Assembly (NCBI GenBank): GCA_964016885.1
Contig: OZ024741.1
Span: 2,356,001 to 2,420,000, forward strand
Direction: 5' to 3'
Source of the DNA: Eledone cirrhosa
Lineage: Eukaryota
Length of the DNA stretch: 64,000 nt
Part shown: piece by piece, positions 42,401 to 56,378 of the stretch
Numbering within the stretch: position 1 is the first letter of the stretch
How the letters are laid out: every line of letters begins with the position of its first letter
Translations under genes and position numbers: made by a program
The notes under the pieces: generated by a model
Seen by the model: the letters and a program-made list of their open reading frames with translations, nothing else
What the model was told of the DNA's origin: nothing
Databases searched by the model: none

Positions 42401-43965
42401 GACAGTAGTGGTAATGACAGTAGTGGTAATGTCAGTAGTGGTAATGACAGTAGTGGTAATAACAGTAGTGGTAATGACAGTAGAGGTAATGTCAGTAGTG
42501 GTAATGACAGTAGTGGTAATGACAGTATTGGTAATGACAGTAGTGGTAATGACAGTAGTGGTAATGACAGTAGTGGCAATGACAGTAGTGGTAATGGCAG
42601 TGGTGTTAATGACAGCAGTGGTAATGACAGTAGTGGTAATGACAGTAGTGGTAATGACAGTAGTGTTAATGGCAGTAGTGGTAATGACAGTATTGGTAAT
42701 GACAGTGGTGGTAATGACAGTAGTGGTAATGACAGTAGTGGTAATGACAGTAGAAGTAATGACAGTAGTGGTAATGACAGTAGTGGTAATGACAGTAGAG
42801 GTAATGTCAGTAGTGGTAATGACAGTATTGGTAATGACAGTATTGGTAATGACAGTAGTGGTAATGTCAGTAATGCTAATGAAAGTAGTGGTAATGACAG
42901 TAGTAGTAATGACAGTAGAGGTAATGACAGTATTGGTAATGACATTAGTGGTAATGACAGTATTGGTAATGACAGTAGTGGTAATGACAGTATTGGTAAT
43001 GACATTAGTGGTAATGACAGTATTGGTAATGACAGTAGTGTTAATGACAGTAGTGGTAATGACAGTAGTGGTAATGGCAGTAGTGGTAATGAGAGTAGTG
43101 GTAATGACAGTAGTGGTAATGACAGTAGTGGTAATGACAGTAGTGGTAATGACAGTAGTGGTAATGACAGTAGAGGTAATGACAGTAGTGGTAATGACAG
43201 TAGTGGTAATGACAGTAGTGGTAATGACAGTAGTGGTAATGACAGTAGAGGTACTGACAGTAGTGGTAATGACAGTAGTGGTAATGACAGTAGTGGTAAT
43301 GGCAGTAGTGTTAATGACAGTAGTGGTAATGACAGTAGTGGTAATGACAGTAGTAGTAATGGTAGTAGTGGTAATGAGAGTAGTGGTAATGACAGTAGTG
43401 GTAATGACAGTAGTGGTAATGACAGTAGTGGTAATGACAGTAGTGGTAATGACAGTAGTGGTAATGACAGTAGAGGTAATGACAGTAGTGGTAATGACAG
43501 TAGTGGTAATGACAGTAGTGGTAATGACAGTAGAGGTACTGACAGTAGTGGTAATGACAGTAGTGGTAATGACAGTAGTGGTAATGGCAGTAGTGGTAAT
43601 GACAGTAGTGGTAATGACAGTAGTGGTAATGACAGTAGTAGTAATGGTAGTAGTGGTAATGACAGTAGTGGTAATGACAGTAGTGGTAATGAGAGTAGTG
43701 GTAATGAGAGTAGTGGTAATGACAGTAGTGGTAATGACAGTAGAGGTACTGACAGTAGTGGTAATGACAGTAGTGGTAATGACAGTAGTGGTAATGGCAG
43801 TAGTGGTAATGACAGTAGTGGTAATGACAGTAGTGGTAATGACAGTAGTAGTAATGGTAGTAGTGGTAATGACAGTAGTGGTAATGACAGTAGTGGTAAT
43901 GAGAGTAGTGGTAATGAGAGTAGTGGTAATGACAGTAGTGGTAATGACAGTAATTGTAATGAGAG
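39440..43965. repeat. 15-bp minisatellite (GGTAATGACAGTAGT)n, ~300 units
   Basis: Direct reading; phase is preserved from ~39531 to the end. Confidence 0.97.
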
Positions 43966-44051
43966 TTCTATGTAGAGGTATTTTATTCAATATTGAAAAC
44001 TGATTATTTCAATAATGGAAAAGAATTTAAAAAAATTGAATATAAGATTAA

Positions 44052-44128
44052 ATACACACCTGTATACACACCTGTATATACACCTTTATACACACCAGTA
44101 TACACACCTGTATACACACCTGTATACA
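44052..44128. repeat. 12-bp tandem repeat (TACACACCTGTA)n, ~6 copies
   Basis: Direct reading. Confidence 0.85.
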
Positions 44129-44409
44129 TACTTGTACAGAATTACGCGATCATACATAAACATACATACACACATATACAGAATCAAACATAAACGTACA
44201 TACACACATACATACATGCATATCTGGCAATCAATGTTTATCATTGTTTGATCAACGGTTAAAAATACAGATATAAATATATATATATATTCTACCAAAG
44301 TACTTTCATGACACATCCGTGACATCATCATACAAGTTATATAATATATATATATATATATGTGTTTGGGGTGGGGTGGGGCGGAGTGGGGTGTATGTGT
44401 GTGTGTATG

Positions 44410-44440
<31 letters not shown>

Positions 44441-44581
44441 GTGCATGTGTATGTATATATATATATGTATGTATATATATACACATATGTATATATATAT
44501 ATACTTATGTGTATATATATATATGTGTGTGTATATATATACATATGTGTATATATATATATGTGTCTATGTATGTATGTA

Positions 44582-44663
<82 letters not shown>

Positions 44664-44668
<5 letters not shown>

Positions 44669-44862
44669 AGTCAGGACTCCGCCGGCTGAGATCCGGCCGT
44701 TTCGAAAGCTAGATCCGACAGCTAGTTCAGACCTAGCTCTCGAAAGGGCCGGAGCTCAGCCGTCGGGGTCCTGGCTCTCTTTTCCTATTACCCACTCTAC
44801 TACCGTAAGGATCGAGTACTCTGGTTCATTATGGTCCACCTGATTCCTTACCACAATTTCTT

Positions 44863-44868
<6 letters not shown>
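44664..44868. mobile_element. Family C variant fold-back in (TA)n
   Basis: Imperfect arms around ~44720; tail TATTACCCACTCTACTACC..TGGTCCA..TTCCTTACCAC matches 25191-25271. Confidence 0.8.
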
Positions 44869-44958
<90 letters not shown>

Positions 44959-45188
44959 ATAATAATATATTTGATAAATGGAATAGTATAATAATTAATA
45001 TTCCCTTGTAATCTCTGACGCATGCATTTCACTCTGTGCCTCTTTAATTATTATACAATTCTTTTGTAATCTCTGTCACACCCATTCCACTCTGTAAATA
45101 CGAAACTGTTGATGACAACATTAATATCCATGTATCTATATGATTGTTCAGTTGAATAGGAAGTTAATTATATTCCAAACTTTGCTAG

Positions 45189-45235
45189 TGCTCCGATGAT
45201 TCCAAACGAAAGTTTGGAAGAAACGATTGTCAGCA
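45189..45235 (+). ncRNA. Minimal HHR, one core substitution, in a putative PLE 3' UTR (~44990-45330)
   Basis: TGCT-CCGATGA-TTCCAAAC-GAAA-GTTTGGAA-GAAAC-GATT-GTC-AGCA-ATAAA. Confidence 0.7.
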
Positions 45236-45411
45236 ATAAAATGATTTGAACATAGTTTTGATTATTGTGTAATTTATATTCCTGCTCTGTAAAACATCTG
45301 ATGTATTTACATTGGGCTATTTTTCTTACTGGTAATAAGGTAGTAATGAGTTACTGACCTTTCCTGTTTATAGTTGTATATAGTGTATATATAACTATAA
45401 ATAATAATATT

Positions 45412-45493
<82 letters not shown>

Positions 45494-45529
45494 TATACAT
45501 ATATATATATTATTATTAATAATAATAAC

Positions 45530-45571
<42 letters not shown>

Positions 45572-45574
<3 letters not shown>

Positions 45575-45752
45575 TGTTTCTACTTTAGGCACAAGGCCAG
45601 CAATTACCCAGTGCATTACTGGTACTTTATTTTATCGACCCCGTAAGGATGAAAGGCAAAGTCAACCTCGGCGGGATTTGAACTCAGATCGTAAAGGGAC
45701 GTAACTATGCTGGAAAGCATGACGTCCGACCCTCTACCGATACTGCCAATCC

Positions 45753-45753
<1 letters not shown>
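45572..45753 (-). mobile_element. tRNA-derived SINE (young subfamily) inside (TAA)n
   Basis: Homology; (TAA)n on both sides. Confidence 0.9.
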
Positions 45754-45824
<71 letters not shown>

Positions 45825-46524
45825 CTTCAAGGTGGCATATAACATCAGACAGTTGTTGAGCAAAAGTATGAAGTCCTGGGAAACAGAATTAACATCGTGT
45901 TGAAAATCTTTGGGAGGTGGGAATATCAAGAGAGGTATCTTCCAGGGAGATAGTCTGTCCCCTTTGTTGTTTGTCCTTGCCCTGATACCCCTGACCATTA
46001 TACTGCGAAAAGTGAGAGCAGGATACAAGTTGGGAAAAGGAGGCTTACCATCAACCACCTCCTCTTTATGGACGATCTTAAATTCTTCGGGAAGAGTGAG
46101 AAGGAGTTGGACGTACTTGTTGACATTGTCCGTATTTTCAGCAATGATATATGTATGCAATTTGGTATTAATAAGTGTGGAGTCCAAGTGGTGAAGAGGG
46201 GTAAATTGAGCAGAAGCAACGGAATCCAGGTACCAACAGGTGAGATGATAAAGGAAATTGACACTGAAGAAGGATACAAATATTTAGGTGTTCTGGAGGC
46301 ATATGACATCAAGAACAAAAAAAAATGAAGGAATTGATAAGATCTGAGTACATTAGGAGAGTAAGGAGCGTATTAAAATCACATCTAAATAGTAGGAATG
46401 TCATAAGTGCAGTGAATTTCAGAGCTGTGTCTATTATTAGGTACAGTGCGGGGATTCTGAGATGGAATGTTGCTGAACAAAACGAAATGGATAGGAAGAC
46501 TAGGAAGCTATTGACTATCTACAA

Positions 46525-48476
46525 CAGGGGTCGGCAACCTTTTGGAGAGAGAGGGCCAAACAGCTATGCAGTGTCATAGAGGAAGGCCATGTTATTAAAT
46601 ATGTAAATAAATTTTCTGGAGGTTTAAAGCAAAACAAGGAATTTAATACAATGTTATTTTAACAAGGCCCCTTTATTTTATTGCAGGAATAACAAAAAAA
46701 AAAAGAAAAAAAAAAACTACAAACACATTCAACAAAAAAAATGCAGATTCCTTATTTTACTGCAGGAATAACAGAAAAACAACTACTATCACAATCAACA
46801 ACAACAAAAAAAGCAAATTCCTTGCTACAAACGAAATACAGTTAGAAATGGTAAATGATTTAATGAGACACTTGTTTCTGCTTATTGTGCGATAACTTCT
46901 CCACACCAGGTGAAATATTTGTCGATGACAGGAGCAAAACATCATCCAGGTGGTCGTCACGCAACCTTGTTCTTAAATGACTTTTAGTATATTTCATTTT
47001 GGAGAGAAGTTGTTCACAAGCATATGTACTTCCAAATAATGATATCATCAGTTTCGCATTAGTCAACATTTTTTTTTTATATTTTCCGCTTGCCAATATA
47101 TATTTCTTGTAGAAGTCAGCAGTGGATTCGAACTGAAATTTCGATTTCAAAGATTCGTCGCACTGTAAGTCAATTAACTCTAACTGATATTCTTCTGTCA
47201 CTTGCTCCACATCTGTTTCGTAAGGAGTACCAAATAACTTAAATAGAGTTCCATATTGCCGGAAGTCAGCAAAACGAGATGAAAACTCGCTTCTCAAATC
47301 CTTAATAGAGCGCTCAAAGATGTCTGGTATTATATCTCTCTTGTGATTTTGAAGACTTAGGAAATGAGAGTAGTTTCCTTTTTGAAGTTGTGATTCCCAC
47401 AGTCGGAGTTTTCTCTCAAAAGCAGTAATTTGACCAAACATCTCAAATACAACCTTGTTCTTTCCTTGAAGCTCAAGATTCAGTGTTCATGTGGATCGTG
47501 ATGTCCACTAAAAACGCTAACTTGACAACCCACTGTGGATCCTGAAAGTAAGTATTATCTTGGTCTTTGCTCTCTAAAAACATAGATATCCCTTCTCTCA
47601 ATGCATATACACGTTCGATCATTTTTCCGCGGCTAAGCCATCGAACATTTTAAAAATATGTCAGGTCCCCATACTCTGCTTCAATTTATTTTAGAAATTC
47701 TTGAAACTGGCAGTGATTTAGTCCTCTTGACAGTATAAAATTCATTGTTTTCACGACCACTGCCATGATGTCCTTAAAATTCAGTGACTTTGCACATAAT
47801 GCTTCTTGATGAATGATGCAATGAAGTTTGATTAGTTTTTGATCAACACCGATGTGGTTTTGGAGCAATGCAACAAACCCCTTTTTCTCTCCAACCATTG
47901 CTGGTGCTCCATATGTGATTACTCCAGAAAGCTTTGATAAATCCAGATTCATTTCGGTAATCCATTTTATTACGCTTTCCAAAATATCTGCTCCAGTGCT
48001 AGTGTCCTTCATAGGAATCAATTGTACAAGTTCTTCCACAATATCAAATATTGGTGTTACACCCCTCACAAACACTGCATGTTGACAAGTATCCTTCATA
48101 TCTTTGGTTTCATCGATAGCAATGAAATAATACTCCAGATTATTTAAGATTATTTGAATGGAACAAAAATACATACATGAAATCACAGGAAATAATAATA
48201 AAGGTGATATAATGCTTGGCGGAAAGCCCAGAAAAAGATGGATGAGAGGAAATAATAATAAATGGAAAATATAATAAGGTTACAAAGGTATCTGTAAATA
48301 TATACGGTATGAGCAGCGATTTGTGATGGGCATCAGGTCGGCACAAGCTTGAAGTGAACTACTGTATCTGTATTCGATATTAATTAGATAATTAGTGTCC
48401 AGTGTAAGATGTAGGGCCGGACAAAAATCACTCGAGGGCCGGATGTGGCCCGCGGGCTGGGGGTTGCCGACCCTTG
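46525..48476 (-). mobile_element. hAT (Charlie/Buster, SPIN/GTF2IRD2-like) DNA transposon, internally deleted, transposase pseudogene
   Basis: TIRs CAGGGGTCGGCAACCT / GGGTTGCCGACCCTTG; 8-bp TSD ATCTACAA (46517-46524, 48477-48484); IAIDETKD, HCIIHQEALCAK, FGSTYACEQLLSKMK. Confidence 0.93.
46860..48140 (-). pseudogene. hAT transposase remnant (catalytic and dimerisation regions; N-terminus missing; stops and frameshifts; DGAPAM changed to YGAPAM)
   Basis: ORFs 47686..48186 and 46860..47441 are collinear pieces. Confidence 0.85.
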
Positions 48477-49558
48477 ATCTACAACATGTTCCACAAGAGG
48501 AGTGATGTCGATAGACTCTACTTAAAGAGATCTGAAGGTGGAAGAGGTCTTATCAGCATAGAGGACTGTGTTCAGATGGAGAAAAACAACCTGCACAAAT
48601 ACGTGACCGACAATAGGGAGCCAATGCTCAGAATTGTACTGAAGGAGAGAACAATAGACCAGGGGATGTCCAAGGAGGAAATAACAACAAGGAGGAAGAG
48701 CAACCTTCATGAAAAATCCGTTCATAGTACCTTCTTTGAGAAAACTGAATTTAGATATCCACAGACATGGAACTGGTTAAAAAGAGACCTTAAAAAGGCT
48801 ACAGAAAGAATGTTAATGGCTGTGCAAGAGCAGGCCCTCAAAACGAAGTGGGTGAAACACCATATTTACAAGGAGGAGGCTAACCCACTGTGTAGGATCT
48901 GTGGAGAGAGAGAGGAGACTGTGGCTCACATTGTATCCGAGTGTAAACACCTAGCCCAGACTCACTATAAAGGCTGGAGACATGATGTGATGGGCAGGGT
49001 GATCCACTGGCACCTATGCAAAGTAAACAATTTACCACATTCTGAGAAGTGGTATGAGCATAAGCCAGAGTCGGTGATAGAAAAGGATCAGGTGAAGGTG
49101 CTGTGGGATTTTAGGATACAGACGGACAAGAAACTGGAACACAATAGGCCTGACCTGGTGGTTGTGGACAAAGAAAAAAAATCGTGCCTGATTGTAGATG
49201 TAGCCTGCCCTTTTGACACGAGAGTGCAAGAAAAGGAGAGGGAGAAAATTAACCGATACCAGGACTTAAAGTGGGAGGTAAAAAGGATTTTGAACTGCCA
49301 TAAAGTCAGAGTCGTCCCGATGGCCATAGGCGCACTAGGTAATATCTCCAAGAGTTTCCAAGAATGGTTAAAGAAGATTAGTCCAGCCCCGCTTTTTGGA
49401 ATACTTCAAAAGGCATGCTTGCTTGGAACAGCAAGAACCCTCCGATACGTCCTGAATATCTGAGGCTGCAGGTAGCGGCTTGATATTCATTTCAACAAAC
49501 TTTCCAGTTAAATAACATCAATGACTGAGACTCAAAGAACAATAATATTAATAAAAAT

Positions 49559-49745
49559 AATTGTTTCTACTTTAGGCACAAGGCCAGCAATCACCCAGTG
49601 CATTACTGGTACTTTATTTTATCGACCCCGTAAGGATGAAAGGCAAAGTCAACCTCGGCGGGATTTGAACTCAGATCGTAAAGGGACGTAACTATGCTGG
49701 AAAGCATGGCGTCCGACCCTCTACCGATACTGCCAATCCACCGCC
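49559..49745 (-). mobile_element. tRNA-derived SINE (young subfamily), TSD TATTAATAAAAATA; a further SINE 3' fragment lies at 49778-49821
   Basis: Differs from 45572-45753 at only a few positions; TSD at 49546-49559 / 49746-49759. Confidence 0.9.
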
Positions 49746-49835
49746 TATTAATAAAAATATTAATAAAAATAATGATAGTTGTTTCTATTTTTGGCAGAAA
49801 GCCAGCATTTACCCAGTGTATAAATTTGAAGACTA

Positions 49836-52106
<2,271 letters not shown>

Positions 52107-52125
52107 AGATAGATAAATAGATAGA

Positions 52126-52500
52126 TATACACGGGTGTGTATGATTGTGTATAAAAGATTATATTAATAAAAGGAATTCCAACTTTGTCTGATTTAGTCG
52201 TTTTATTTACAATCCTTTAACATTTATAATGGTATTAGAATGAAATAGTATGGTAGAATATTAAATGTTAAGAGTTAATTGAAAAAGTACTTTCAGGCTT
52301 TCGCAATCTTCAGGTTCATATTCTGTAGTGACAGTCAAGTTTGCAATTTTCAACTGAAATCATCAGGAAAGGGGGAGGCGTGGTGATGGAGGAGGAGCAG
52401 GCTAACATCCCCTCCCTTCCACAATGTTCCCCTCCGTCATTGTTCAAGGAATCTAAAAAATAGTTTCATGCGTTCCACTTCCTGTTCTCTCTTCTACAAC
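52126..52500 (-). mobile_element. PLE-like family D single arm with tail and HHR, continuing upstream into a probable GIY-YIG end
   Basis: Close match to 13750-13977; upstream minus-strand reading LNNDGG resembles the PLE endonuclease C-terminal LNRDxG. Confidence 0.7.
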
Positions 52501-52549
52501 CATGTGGTGGGGTTATAGAGTTCCCTCTACTACCATGTGGTGAGGTTAT

Positions 52550-52872
52550 AGTGTGACTGTGGTGCTGTAGTGGTGGTGGTGTGGTGGTGGTGGTGGTGTG
52601 ACTGTGGTGCTGTAGTGGTGGTGGTGTGGTGGTGTGACTGTGGTGCTGTAGTGGTGGTGGTGTGGTGGTGTGACTGTGGTGCTGTAGTGGTGGTGGTGTG
52701 GTGGTGTGACTGTGGTGCTGTAGTGGTGGTGGTGTGGTGGTGTGACTGTGGTGCTGTAGTGGTGGTGGTGTGGTGGTGTGACTGTGGTGATGTAGTGGTG
52801 CTGTAGTGGTGGTGGTGGTGTGGTGGTGTGGTGGTGGTGTGACTGTGGTGCTGGTGGTGTAGTGGTGGTGGT
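52550..52872. repeat. 36-bp GGT-rich minisatellite; (AGT)n follows at ~53000-53110
   Basis: GACTGTGG at 52600, 52636 and 52672. Confidence 0.9.
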
Positions 52873-53019
52873 GAAGCCATGTTATGGGACTGTCAGCTCA
52901 AAACTTACCTTAACCTTAACAATTCAAACTTAGAAAGCAACAACAATAATACCAATAATAAAAGTAGTAGTTTTAGAGGTGATACTAGTAATAGTTGAGA
53001 TAGTAGTAGTAGTAGTAGC

Positions 53020-53054
<35 letters not shown>

Positions 53055-53076
53055 CAGTAGTAGTAGTAGCAGTAGC

Positions 53077-53110
<34 letters not shown>

Positions 53111-53200
53111 ATCCATGTGTTTTCTTTCGATTTCTGTTTTTTCTTTTCTCGTTGAAGCTGTTGATTCCGTCCCCTCAATCTATCTTATTTCTCATTCTTT

Positions 53201-53234
53201 CTTCTGATGAAGGACTAGAGTCCGAAACGTTAAG
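53201..53234 (+). ncRNA. Minimal HHR with intact core in a family K PLE 3' end (~53150-53322)
   Basis: CTT-CTGATGA-A-GGAC-TAGA-GTCC-GAAAC-GTT-AAG; palindromic AACGTT stem III. Confidence 0.8.
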
Positions 53235-53473
53235 GCCCTCTTCCTGCTATATCAAGCGTTAACCTAATATATCCCTTCCATATACTGTACCCATTGCGTT
53301 GTTATTTCTGCTTACCTTTTATATATATAAATATAATTCTACTTGTTCCAATAACTTTTTTTAGTTGTTGCTCGCGCCAGCCTGAGGTGTATGGTCTTTA
53401 ATGCGGAGTGGTGCCAGTGATGGCTGGGGAAAACTGATGACGGACGCTCCTGTCTTCTTGTTCAGTTTTATTC

Positions 53474-53521
<48 letters not shown>

Positions 53522-53565
53522 CGTTTCTGAATTTGTTTAGCAACGTGTGTTGAAACCGATATTGT

Positions 53566-53678
<113 letters not shown>

Positions 53679-53710
53679 GTCGGCTTTTTTCCCATTTCTT
53701 TACGATTTCT

Positions 53711-53759
<49 letters not shown>

Positions 53760-53778
53760 ATATATATATATATATATA

Positions 53779-54495
53779 GGTGGGTGACCAGACTTGTCTT
53801 CACTCACACCTACTGGCTGTTATCCAATGGGCAGAAATGAGTAATATGCTGTTGAATAAAGATAAATTTCAATTAATCCACTTTGGTAAAAAGGATGCCC
53901 TGAAACTACCATACTCTCTTGTTGCCCACTGTGGTCACCCCACACAAAACAAAGTATCATGAAAGTTGAAGCACCCCAAAGGTCAATTACAAAAAAAGAT
54001 AGATGGCATGACAGGCCTTGACTTTTGGGGTCGATTAGAAAAGTTCAAACTTTATTCTCTCCAACGTCGCCGTGAGCGCTATATTATCTGTATGATGTGG
54101 AAAATATTCCATCAGCTTAGCCCAAATGATGTTGGCATCACCTTTAGTGTACACCCAAGGCTTGGGCCCCGTGCTTTCCGCCCACGACAAAAATCCCACT
54201 CGCATCACATAACAACAATACGGCACAATTATTTCATCTCAATTGGCCCTGCACTCTTTAACATTACACCAAAACACATCAAAGCAGAGACAGACCCCAT
54301 CAAGTTCAAGAAGACTTTGGATAAATTCCTTCAAGAAATCCCGGATAAGCCTCCTACACCTGGATATGCCTCCGTAAACAATAACTCTCTGCTCGAGTGG
54401 GCCATGGGGCCCAAACACTGATTTATAAGACTTCGCCAGGTGGTGCTATTAAGTTAGACATGGCCTGGGCCAGTACTGGCCGAAATCTATCAAAG

Positions 54496-54497
<2 letters not shown>
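53779..54497 (+). mobile_element. CR1/L2-group LINE 3' fragment, internally deleted
   Basis: LLAVIQWAEMSNMLLNKDKFQLIHFGK (RT end) and FWGRLEKFKLYSLQRRRERYII..WKI..GPALFN..FKKTLDKFL..IPDKP. Confidence 0.8.
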
Positions 54498-54536
<39 letters not shown>

Positions 54537-54589
54537 TAAGAAATCGTAAAGAAACGGGAAAAAAGCCGACGTATGTATATATATATATA

Positions 54590-54659
<70 letters not shown>

Positions 54660-54662
<3 letters not shown>

Positions 54663-54889
54663 CGAAGGAATTGTGGTAAGGAACCAGATGGACCAAAACG
54701 CACCACAGTAATCAATTCTTAGGGTAGTAGAGTGGGTATTAGGAAAAGGTATGACCCCGACGGCAGAGGTCAAGCCGTTTCAACGGCTATTTATGGACTA
54801 AATTAGAATTTTTAGCCTGGTAAATTCTAATTTAGTCCAGAAATAGTCGTCGAAATGGCTTGAGCTCTGCCGTCGGGGTCATACCTTTT

Positions 54890-54894
<5 letters not shown>
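54660..54894. mobile_element. PLE-like family C fold-back with longer arms, in (TA)n
   Basis: Arms ~54739-54811 / 54823-54894 plus tail 54660-54738. Confidence 0.85.
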
Positions 54895-54949
<55 letters not shown>

Positions 54950-54950
<1 letters not shown>

Positions 54951-55055
54951 TAAAATAACAGATTAAAGTTTAAGCAAAGAATCGCTGCTTTCACCCTTAA
55001 TATATTTATCCTTATCGAGCCCTCTTTGGATTTTAGTCTTCAAATTTAGTATTAT
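54950..55055 (-). mobile_element. PLE-like family G 3' end; related pieces at 21140-21203, 49821-49843, 55680-55746 and 17012-17032
   Basis: Shared GCTTAAACTTTAA(T/G)CTGTTATTTT and AAATTTGAAGACTAAAATCCAA; degenerate HHR at 55681-55729. Confidence 0.6.
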
Positions 55056-55266
55056 TACTATATATATATATATAGTAGAATAATCGAGTATCGAAAAATC
55101 GGCGCACGAGTTCACGATAAACAAAATTCGATATGAGCGGCAGAGTGCTTCATAATTTAGATAAATCAGAGCTATAACTATCGTTAAAATACCGTCACAC
55201 ACAGAACAAGTCTATAATCAACCGTACGATCGAAAATTTGCGATCCGGAAGATTCGGGACACTCAG

Positions 55267-55305
<39 letters not shown>

Positions 55306-55312
55306 TACCACA

Positions 55313-55353
<41 letters not shown>

Positions 55354-55497
55354 CCACCACCATCACCACCACCACCACTACCACCACCACTACCACTAAC
55401 ACCACCACCACAACCACCAACACCACCATAACCACCACCACCACCATCACCACATGTATATATGTGTATGTATATATATACACATATATATATATAT

Positions 55498-55603
55498 AAT
55501 TGTTTCTACATTTGGCACAAGGCCAGCAATACCCAGTACGTTACTGGTACTTTATTTTATCGACCTCGTAAGGAAGAAAGGCAAAGTTAACCTCGCCGGG
55601 ATT
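55498..55603 (-). mobile_element. tRNA-derived SINE, 5'-truncated
   Basis: Homology to the other copies. Confidence 0.85.
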
Positions 55604-55738
55604 ATATAATATAATAATAATAAATGTGAAGGCTAAATAAGGATAATATATATATAAATATATATAAAAACCGTAGAGCAGTTTCAGAAGATCCCGTTAA
55701 GGGTGACAGCAACGATTCTCTGCTTAAACTTTAAGCTG

Positions 55739-56072
<334 letters not shown>

Positions 56073-56094
56073 AAAAATATATATATATATATAT

Positions 56095-56299
56095 AATGGT
56101 GGAACACTGGAAGGTAATATCCGTAGTGGTAGAGCACTCAGTCCAAGGGACGAGTTAGGTAGAAGTGGTTACACAACAGTTAGTTCACCATACCGAGAAC
56201 AATTGTTTCACCTTAGCGGATCTTCCACGCGGAATGGGCATGGTTATAGGAGTGAAACAATTGTTCTCGGTATGGTTAACTAAATGTTGTGTAACCACT

Positions 56300-56303
<4 letters not shown>
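56095..56303. mobile_element. Fold-back (family J): ~52-bp arms 56160-56211 / 56252-56303 plus ~65-bp tail, in (TA)n
   Basis: Arms are reverse complementary; GAAAC-AATT-GTT palindromic stem-III motif. Confidence 0.75.

Positions 56304-56375
<72 letters not shown>

Positions 56376-56378
<3 letters not shown>

Larger units (their letters stand above)
45824..49540 (+). mobile_element. Dong/R4-clade non-LTR retrotransposon (RT + CCHC + restriction-like endonuclease), 5'-truncated, frameshifted, interrupted by hAT at 46525-48476
   Basis: RGIFQGDSLSPLLF, MDDLK, RLYLKRSEGGRGL, CRICGEREETVAHIVSEC, RHD, RPDLVVVDK..LIVDVACPFD..EK..RYQDL; (TAA)n on the left, AATAAT on the right; 3' stem-loop at 49453-49489. 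Confidence 0.9.

Noticed and set aside
46860-48186. Domesticated host gene GTF2IRD2/ZBED
   Set aside because: TIRs and TSD are intact, the ORF is broken and a catalytic Asp is lost; it is a transposon copy.
45572-49745. LTR retrotransposon with 180-bp LTRs
   Set aside because: The direct repeats are SINEs found elsewhere with their own TSDs; the interior is a non-LTR RT plus a hAT; no TG..CA, PBS or integrase.
52903-52921. Telomeric repeat
   Set aside because: Only CTTACCTTAACCTTAAC, about three imperfect units and not TTAGGG.
53431-53470. HHR at CTGATGACGGAC..GTC (and similar at ~4670-4703 and ~5428-5452)
   Set aside because: No correctly placed GAAA core or closing stems.
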